From IMG/VR virus record IMGVR_UViG_3300045988_181101: a stretch of 64,000 bases of DNA; one strand, 5' to 3'. Positions within the stretch are counted from its first letter, which is position 1. Each line of letters begins with the position of its first letter. The notes below the pieces were generated by a model. The model was not told where the DNA came from. It did no database searches and was given only the letters and a program-made list of their open reading frames with translations. This document shows positions 36,371 through 43,226 of the stretch, in pieces. The stretch is from a virus. Position numbers and translations under genes: made by a program.

Positions 36371-36910
36371 TTATCTATTATCTCCTGAACCATGTATCAC
36401 CCCTCTACGAGCTCTCGAAGCAAGTTTATTAATATTACCTTGAGCAATCTCATTCATTGGTTTATCAAACACAATTGATGCAAGATCAACAAAACTCTGT
36501 AAAAGCTCATCCCATCTTTGTTGAATCTTTTCTCTTCTACTTTCAGGGAAAATACCAAAATCATTCTTTTCTGTATCCCAATCATCTCTCAAATATTTCT
36601 TCATTTGTTCGCAAATCGCTCCTGAATGAATAGATACTTTAAGGAGAGCTGCTGTAGGATTTTCACTTGGTTCCGGCCAATCAATTCTTTCTTTTAAATT
36701 GAATTCGGTTCGAATTGCTGCCATACACCATAAACAATCTTGAAATTCTGCTTCAATTGCATCAATTGGAGCTTCTTCATTAAGTTTTTCATAAAATTCT
36801 CCGACCTCTCCGGCAAGCCCGAGTGTAACATAAATCAATGCTATCTTTGGAGAATACATTTTTGTTGTGCTTGCTAAATTCTCGTAAGATTGATAATTCG
36901 TAACTTCCAT
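36371..36910 (-). CDS. mazG: MazG-like nucleoside triphosphate pyrophosphohydrolase
   Basis: GLAGEVGEFYEKLNEE and EFQDCLWCMA (EXXE...D-LW metal-binding pattern of all-alpha NTP-PPases). Confidence 0.75.
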   Translation of the reverse strand: MEVTNYQSYENLASTTKMYSPKIALIYVTLGLAGEVGEFYEKLNEEAPIDAIEAEFQDCLWCMAAIRTEFNLKERIDWPEPSENPTAALLKVSIHSGAICEQMKKYLRDDWDTEKNDFGIFPESRREKIQQRWDELLQSFVDLASIVFDKPMNEIAQGNINKLASRARRGVIHGSGDNR

Positions 36911-37625
36911 TTACTTCTTTATTAATTTGTTCTACAATAAATAAATAATTCTTAGGTAATCGATCGTTTTTAGATCCATTTTCTTTCGACCACATTGGTT
37001 GACAGTTTCTATAATTAAAACAAATAAGAATCTCTTTTTCATTTGTTAAATCAAACCATCTAATAGGAACAATATGATCAACTGCCCAACCATCTTTTCC
37101 ACCATAATTGTCCCAGGTCATTCCAGGCTCAAATTGACTTTCTAAATGTTGTTTAAATTCATCAATGGAACAACCGAGAAGATCGATGGTGTGACAATCA
37201 TTATATCCTTTTGTAAGATGTCTGTGAACTCGATTTCTAAGTCTTTTTATCAATCGATTGTTTACATTAGAATTGATTCTTTCTAATTCTTTTACTGCTA
37301 TCTGTTCTTTATGAGTTTGACGATACTTAATATTCGCTCTTTTATAAGATTCAGATTTTGCATTTAATCTTGCTCTTTGTCGACAAAGAGCATCGTATTC
37401 AGGATCAATTTGACGTTTAATAGCTTTAGAAATTGCTGCTCTTTTACTTAAAACATCTTTTCCGGTTTTCTCTATTCTACGTTGATTTTGTTTCTTTTTG
37501 CATTCCTTACAACAAAAATGAAATCCGTCAGGACTATTCTTCCAATGATGAAATTCAGACAAAGGTTTTTCTTGCTTACAATATCTACAAACTTTAACTC
37601 CTTCCGTTTTAATTTCTGAATCCAC
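36789..37625 (-). CDS. HNH homing endonuclease with N-terminal Zn ribbon (paralogue 3), GTG start, 3' end reads into mazG
   Basis: CRYCKQEKPLSEFHHWKNSPDGFHFCCKECKK; WDNYGGKDGWAVDHIVP...NYRNCQPMWSKENGSKN; the last ~40 codons overlap mazG in another frame. Confidence 0.8.
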   Translation of the reverse strand: MDSEIKTEGVKVCRYCKQEKPLSEFHHWKNSPDGFHFCCKECKKKQNQRRIEKTGKDVLSKRAAISKAIKRQIDPEYDALCRQRARLNAKSESYKRANIKYRQTHKEQIAVKELERINSNVNNRLIKRLRNRVHRHLTKGYNDCHTIDLLGCSIDEFKQHLESQFEPGMTWDNYGGKDGWAVDHIVPIRWFDLTNEKEILICFNYRNCQPMWSKENGSKNDRLPKNYLFIVEQINKEVNGSYELSILREFSKHNKNVFSKDSIDLCYTRACRRGRRIL

Positions 37626-37626
37626 T

Positions 37627-38271
37627 TTATTTATGATTAATTTTCCAAATTTGGATTTGTCTTAAAAACTCATCTCGACTATTCATAGAATTATCTAAAA
37701 ATAATCCTGAACAATAATTTGTTACCATAGAAGAGTTATCTTCTGCGCCTCTCATACTTACACACATATGTTCAGCTTCAATATAAACAGCAATTCCTCT
37801 AACAGAATCACCGAACACTTCTTTAAGATAATCATGAATCTGTTTTGTCAACTGTTCCTGAAGTTGAGGTCTTTTTGCAAACCAATGAACAATTCTATTT
37901 AATTTAGAAAGTCCTACGACATCTCCGCCTTCTTGTGGAATGTAAGAAATGTGGCAAACTCCGCAAAAAGGTAAAAAATGATGGCTACACAATGAATTAA
38001 CTTCAATACCCATTTCTGTTACCATCCCTGTATAACCAGTTCCTGGGAACGTTGCAATTCTTGGTCTTTCTTCATAAACTCCTGAAGTAATTTCATTTAC
38101 CATCATCTTTGCAACACGATAAGGAGTTTTTACCATATTAGGATCATTCTTCCAATCATATCCTAATGCTTCAAGAAACTTACCGTAGGCTTCTTCTGCA
38201 TTTTTCATCATTTCCTCTTTTCTTTCTTTAGAAAGAACAATGTTTTGACCTGCTTTTAATTTAAAATCCAT
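37627..38271 (-). CDS. folE: GTP cyclohydrolase I
   Basis: SLCSHHFLPFCGVCHISYIP and VVGLSKLNRIVHWFAKRPQLQEQLT, the FolE type I signatures. Confidence 0.95.
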   Translation of the reverse strand: MDFKLKAGQNIVLSKERKEEMMKNAEEAYGKFLEALGYDWKNDPNMVKTPYRVAKMMVNEITSGVYEERPRIATFPGTGYTGMVTEMGIEVNSLCSHHFLPFCGVCHISYIPQEGGDVVGLSKLNRIVHWFAKRPQLQEQLTKQIHDYLKEVFGDSVRGIAVYIEAEHMCVSMRGAEDNSSMVTNYCSGLFLDNSMNSRDEFLRQIQIWKINHK

Positions 38272-38295
38272 ATTATTTATTCCTTTCTTTTTATA

Positions 38296-39594
38296 TCAAA
38301 CTCCTCTTTTTGTTCCCCAAATTATAATTTGCAATCTATCTGAATAGTGATATCCATGTTCAGCACAATATTCTGCTACCATTTGTCTTTTTTTCAATAA
38401 TTGTTCTTCATTGATACCTTCAGGCATTAAACAAACAGAACCTTTTTTAGGCTTCAGCTCTTTCAAAAGATTTTCAATTTCTTCAAAATCTTCTCTTTTT
38501 GATACAACAAACTTTAACTGATAATTTTGAGCATATTTCATCCATTTTTTAAAATTATCAATTCTAATTCTATTCTTTTCATGAATATTTTCATACTTAG
38601 TTCCTATTGGAGTAGAATCTCTTAATTTAGGTGAAATTGATACTAAATCTATCATTTTCATTAAAGATTCGTCTAAACAAACAGTTCCATTTGTTTCTAA
38701 AGTTATAAGTTTCTTATTATTTTTAGCAATAATTATAAGTTCTTCAATTCTATTGGAAATGCAAGGTTCGCCTCCAGATAAAACGATGTGTCTTATTAAT
38801 GGGTTTTCTTTGATAAGATTTTTAACGTCTAAATTGGAATAAGAACCTTTTTCCGGTTTCCAAGATGTAAATGATGTATCACACCATCTACATTTTAAAT
38901 TACATCCTATCGTTCTAATAAATAAAGAAGGTATTCCTGCATATCTACCTTCACCTTGAATTGATTTAAATATTTCTGAAAGATATTTTTCCTCAAATAT
39001 TTCTTTCTTTAAAAATTCGACTAATTCTTCAACATTATTCGGAACTTTTGCTCCTTTAGAATCATTTTCTTTTGCCCATAACGGTTGTAAATTCCTGTAA
39101 TTGAAACAGATACGTTGATTCTCCTCTTTTGTTAAATCAAAATAAGAACAAGGAATAATATGATCGACATGCCATTTTCCATAATTATCCCAACTCATTC
39201 CTTCTTTAAATTGAGATTCAAGATGTCGTTTTAAATGTTCGATTGAACAACCAAGAAGATCGAGTGTATGTGTCGATTTTCGATTGTTTTTACATTTTAA
39301 AGCATTATAACAACGAGACCTTAGAATTTGAGTTAAATTCAAATTTAAATTATTTTTAACCTTTTCTCGTCTTTTTCTATCGTCTTCTTTGGCATATCCT
39401 AAAACTCGTCTTCTTATTGTCTGCTTTCTTTGAATTCTTTTACCACTTTCAGAACGATTAAATTCACTTTTACATTTTTTACAATAATTTTCTAATCCAT
39501 CGTTTGAAGATTTATTTTTTCGGAAACAATCTAATGATAATTTCTTTTTACAACGACTACAAATCTTCATTCCTTTTTCAAAATCAGCTTTCAT
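38296..39594 (-). CDS. queE: in-frame fusion: HNH endonuclease (paralogue 4, aa 1 to ~200) plus 7-carboxy-7-deazaguanine synthase QueE (aa ~203-432)
   Basis: HNH part: CSRCKKKLSLDCFRKNKSSNDGLENYCKKCK...HVDHIIP...NYRNLQPLWAKEN...VPNNVEELVEFLKKEI. It continues without stop or ATG into YLSEIFKSIQGEGRYAGIPSLFIRTIGCNLKCRWCDT (QueE radical-SAM cluster motif) and LSGGEP. Confidence 0.85.
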   Translation of the reverse strand: MKADFEKGMKICSRCKKKLSLDCFRKNKSSNDGLENYCKKCKSEFNRSESGKRIQRKQTIRRRVLGYAKEDDRKRREKVKNNLNLNLTQILRSRCYNALKCKNNRKSTHTLDLLGCSIEHLKRHLESQFKEGMSWDNYGKWHVDHIIPCSYFDLTKEENQRICFNYRNLQPLWAKENDSKGAKVPNNVEELVEFLKKEIFEEKYLSEIFKSIQGEGRYAGIPSLFIRTIGCNLKCRWCDTSFTSWKPEKGSYSNLDVKNLIKENPLIRHIVLSGGEPCISNRIEELIIIAKNNKKLITLETNGTVCLDESLMKMIDLVSISPKLRDSTPIGTKYENIHEKNRIRIDNFKKWMKYAQNYQLKFVVSKREDFEEIENLLKELKPKKGSVCLMPEGINEEQLLKKRQMVAEYCAEHGYHYSDRLQIIIWGTKRGV

Positions 39595-39599
39595 TATTA

Positions 39600-40193
39600 T
39601 TATTTAATTTGTTTTTCTACTTTAGGATTAATAAAATATTTTCCATCAGATTCTTTAGTATGACGAAAGAAACTATGTAATTCTTCTGACCAATCATTTA
39701 ATACACCAACAGAATAAGCTGTAGATAAATCTACAGGAAGTAAATCAAAATCATTTATTGTTGCTTCAGCATAACCTGTTGCAGTTTCATGATAAATTAC
39801 CTTATTACATTTTACATTCCCTTCGCCATTATTAAATTCTGTTGCTTTAATCATTGCATTAATCATATAACAAATATACAATGCAAGATTTTCAGCAGAA
39901 GGACTTATAGGAAGTTCAATCCAACGATCGCACCATTTTTTCATATCGTTCTTATATTCTTCCTTGTCTTTATTCCAAATCAGCATACAATGATCAAAAG
40001 AATCGATCCATTGTCCTATATTTTTCTTAATCAAAGAGAAATCTACAATCATTCCTCCATTATCAAGTTTATCTGAAGTTAAAAATACTTCAATGACTGC
40101 TGAATGACCATGAATACTTTTTCGACAACGATTTGTTGAACAATTGCGTACAATATGCGCTCCTTCAACTTTAAATAATTTTCTAATCTGCAT
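39600..40193 (-). CDS. queD: 6-carboxy-5,6,7,8-tetrahydropterin synthase
   Basis: FKVEGAHIV...CRKSIHGHSAVIEV (Cys...His-Gly-His QueD motif). Confidence 0.8.
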   Translation of the reverse strand: MQIRKLFKVEGAHIVRNCSTNRCRKSIHGHSAVIEVFLTSDKLDNGGMIVDFSLIKKNIGQWIDSFDHCMLIWNKDKEEYKNDMKKWCDRWIELPISPSAENLALYICYMINAMIKATEFNNGEGNVKCNKVIYHETATGYAEATINDFDLLPVDLSTAYSVGVLNDWSEELHSFFRHTKESDGKYFINPKVEKQIK

Positions 40194-40220
40194 AATTTTA
40201 ATTCGTTTAATTATTTTGTC

Positions 40221-40228
40221 TAAAGATA
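40221..40228 (-). promoter_or_regulatory. candidate -7-like box TATCTTTA upstream of queD
   Basis: Minus strand GTATCTTTAGAC, 27 nt upstream of ATG 40193. Confidence 0.4.
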
Positions 40229-40233
40229 CTACT

Positions 40234-40713
40234 TTACTTTAAAGCATCTATCGAAATGGTGTGCAACAGTTTAATTTTTACATAAATATATGGAACAAAT
40301 GTCTTCTTTCCATTTTTATAAATCTTGATAGAATCATAAATGGGATAATTGTTCTTGATCTTATATTCAATATTGTCAAATATCACTGTTTCACCAGGTT
40401 TTAAAAGATAAAATTTGTCCCAATATTTAGTCTTCTGATTCTTAGGTGAATATTGAAATGAAGGTAATCCTTCTTTATTTAGAAACTCATTTTCATAAAA
40501 TGATTTAAATTGTTCATCAGAATCAAAAATACAACTTAACGAGAACTTTTCTGATAATTCTATAATTTTAAACTTCTTCTTATTTGCTACATCATTATTT
40601 ATTTTCTTGAATTCAGCTTGTTCATATATCAATGCTCTTAATTTATAACTAAAATATTCCAATTGAAGAATTCTAAGAAAATCTTCTTTTGATAATTCTC
40701 TTGTCTTTTCCAT
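40234..40713 (-). CDS. hypothetical protein (start trimmed)
   Basis: Track start 40719 is TTG; first ATG at 40711-40713. Confidence 0.45.
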   Translation of the reverse strand: MEKTRELSKEDFLRILQLEYFSYKLRALIYEQAEFKKINNDVANKKKFKIIELSEKFSLSCIFDSDEQFKSFYENEFLNKEGLPSFQYSPKNQKTKYWDKFYLLKPGETVIFDNIEYKIKNNYPIYDSIKIYKNGKKTFVPYIYVKIKLLHTISIDALK

Positions 40714-40766
40714 ATTCAAAAATTTTCTTGTAAAATTACAAAAAGAATTCTTGAATACGATTATCT

Positions 40767-41777
40767 TTATAAAATTCTTGTATAAAAATTTATAGGTTCT
40801 ATAACATTATCTAATGCTTCAAGTAATTCTTCTTGAGTCGCATCTCCTGGATCTTTTTTCTTATCTTTTAATTCTGCTATTGTAACATTAAAATATTTTT
40901 GCAAAGTCAATGCTGCAGTCTTTATCATTTCAGGTTTATCAGGATCGTACATTAAGATTATATTTCGAACACTTTTCTTTTGTCTCAATAGTGAGATTTG
41001 ATTATTTCCTATATTATTACCAAATGTAAATACACACTTTATCTCTTCGCTTTCATATAGATGTAATTTATCATCTACGGAAATATAATCAAACATCCCT
41101 TCTACTATAATAATAGTATCTGTATTGTCTGTTATTAAATCATAACCACCTACAACCTTAGCGAATCCATCTTTAGAGTTTTCATATCTAAGAACAAGTT
41201 TTGATTTACCTTCTTTAAATTCTTTCAAGTTTTGTTCATGCCATTCTTTACTTTTCTTAGAACGTGCTAACCAGGCTACAGTTTTACCTTTCATAGTAAA
41301 TTGAAAAATGAATTTGTCTTGCAATTTTCTCTCAAGAAAGAAATTTGTTATAGCTGGTTTAAATTGTTCATAATATCTTTTATTAAATCCGCGATTATTC
41401 AAATACTCATCGTTTTTTATATACTCAAGTTTTTTTGGTAATTCACATTCTTCTAAATCAAAATTTACTTCTTCATTATCTTCTTCATCTTTAACGAGAG
41501 GTGTGAGTTTTGATACTTTAACACTATTTTCATAATTGATTTTCGCAAGATCGATCCTACGAATCTTTTCAAGAAATTTCTTTAAAGTTGTTTTAGTACC
41601 GCATTTAAAACAAAAAAATACTGCATTTGTACCGAGTTCATTAAAGTGAATTCCCCATTTTTTACCACCTTTTCCACAAAATGGACAAACTTCATCTTTA
41701 TTAGTCAACCAACCTGCACTTCCATTAGGACTTAACGAAAGTTCTTGTATAATTTCATCTTTATCAACTCTAAACAT
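40767..41777 (-). CDS. DNA primase (Zn ribbon plus TOPRIM)
   Basis: CPFCGKGGKKWGIHFN...FCFKCGTKTT; TOPRIM IIIVEGMFDYISV and ILMYDPDKPE. Confidence 0.8.
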   Translation of the reverse strand: MFRVDKDEIIQELSLSPNGSAGWLTNKDEVCPFCGKGGKKWGIHFNELGTNAVFFCFKCGTKTTLKKFLEKIRRIDLAKINYENSVKVSKLTPLVKDEEDNEEVNFDLEECELPKKLEYIKNDEYLNNRGFNKRYYEQFKPAITNFFLERKLQDKFIFQFTMKGKTVAWLARSKKSKEWHEQNLKEFKEGKSKLVLRYENSKDGFAKVVGGYDLITDNTDTIIIVEGMFDYISVDDKLHLYESEEIKCVFTFGNNIGNNQISLLRQKKSVRNIILMYDPDKPEMIKTAALTLQKYFNVTIAELKDKKKDPGDATQEELLEALDNVIEPINFYTRIL

Positions 41778-41779
41778 AA

Positions 41780-43225
41780 TTATATCGTATTGACTTTTCG
41801 CTCACCTCTTTTTAATTTTTCAACTTTGTCTTTAGATTTTTTATGATTGAAATTTCGTTCATCTTCATTACTGAATAATTGTATGGTTCTTGATTTGTCA
41901 TAAAATCTACCTTTATCATAATTTGTTGCTATTGGAAAAGTTAATTGAGATTCTTTAAAATCACGTAATTTATCTATATAAATACGCATAGTACAGTTAT
42001 TCTTTTCTTCTCTTGTTGTATTGCCTGTAAAAACGAATGAAAACGGCTTTACTAATGTTCTATCTCCTTCTGTATAACTTCTATCAATTACTTTTTCAGG
42101 ATTATCCCAAATTTCAATAGGTACATTACCTGTTTGTGTTGCTGTTATCCCAACCATTTTAAATTCTACACAAAGATTTTTGAATAACTGAGCACAAGAT
42201 TGAAGTTTATCCTTCTTAAAATTAGGATTATTATCTATTGTACTATTAATACCAGTCTTTACAAGATCAAGTGAATCTAAAATTAAAACTCGAGGATAAA
42301 AACCATAAATTTTATGATAATCAAGAACAATATTCCTAACTTCTACCATTGAAGCTTCACCGAATTTTTCAAAACCATAAACCGTTATATCTTCACCATA
42401 ATTTTTCATGGCTTTATATGCATTCATAATTTGTTTTTGGTCTTCAGGTTTCAAAAAACCACTTCTAATATCATTAAATTCTTGTCCTGTCCAATATTGA
42501 TCATACTTATCAAGACAAGCTTTTACACCACCTTCTAATTGTATATGTAGTACAGGATGTCCATCATAAGCTGCTGCCATTCCATGATGTCTTAATACCG
42601 TAGACTTACCTTGACCACTTTTCATGATCCATAACACAGTATCTTCTATCAAAGCTCCACCATAAGAAATTGCGTCTAACCTATCGATACCTAATGTTAT
42701 ATGATCAGGAACTTTGTTTTCTTCTGAATCACACCTTCTATTTTTCATTCGAGTTTCGAATCCATTGAAAACTCTTGAAAAATTTCCTCCATCATGTCTT
42801 AGAGAAATAGAAAGTATTCGTTGACTTTCTTCAAGATTTACTTTAATTGCTTCATCTTTTTTATTTTCTTCATATAAATCATGAACTTTCTTAGACAATA
42901 ATTGAAATTCAACATCTTTAATGTATGATTCTAATTGATCTATTATAATCTCTCTATCAACTTTATTTGCGTTTTGAATTTCAGCAATTGTTTCTTGAAC
43001 TGAATCATTTTCTATATATTTTTGAGAAACTACTCCAAGCGAAGGTACAACTTCATTCTTTGTAAAGATTTCGATAGCCTCTCTTAATAAATACTTATAA
43101 CCTGGCCATTCTTTAGGTATTAATTGATAAGTCAAATTACATACAGCTATTCTTGTTAACGAAATATCTGAATAAATCAACTTAAATAATTCTGCCATAA
43201 AATTGGCACTTAATTTCTGAGCCAT
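41780..43225 (-). CDS. DnaB/gp41-like replicative DNA helicase
   Basis: RecA-fold Walker A IMKSGQGKSTVL, Walker B VLILDSLDLV, ATQTGN; adjacent to the primase. Confidence 0.75.
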   Translation of the reverse strand: MAQKLSANFMAELFKLIYSDISLTRIAVCNLTYQLIPKEWPGYKYLLREAIEIFTKNEVVPSLGVVSQKYIENDSVQETIAEIQNANKVDREIIIDQLESYIKDVEFQLLSKKVHDLYEENKKDEAIKVNLEESQRILSISLRHDGGNFSRVFNGFETRMKNRRCDSEENKVPDHITLGIDRLDAISYGGALIEDTVLWIMKSGQGKSTVLRHHGMAAAYDGHPVLHIQLEGGVKACLDKYDQYWTGQEFNDIRSGFLKPEDQKQIMNAYKAMKNYGEDITVYGFEKFGEASMVEVRNIVLDYHKIYGFYPRVLILDSLDLVKTGINSTIDNNPNFKKDKLQSCAQLFKNLCVEFKMVGITATQTGNVPIEIWDNPEKVIDRSYTEGDRTLVKPFSFVFTGNTTREEKNNCTMRIYIDKLRDFKESQLTFPIATNYDKGRFYDKSRTIQLFSNEDERNFNHKKSKDKVEKLKRGERKVNTI

Positions 43226-43226
43226 A

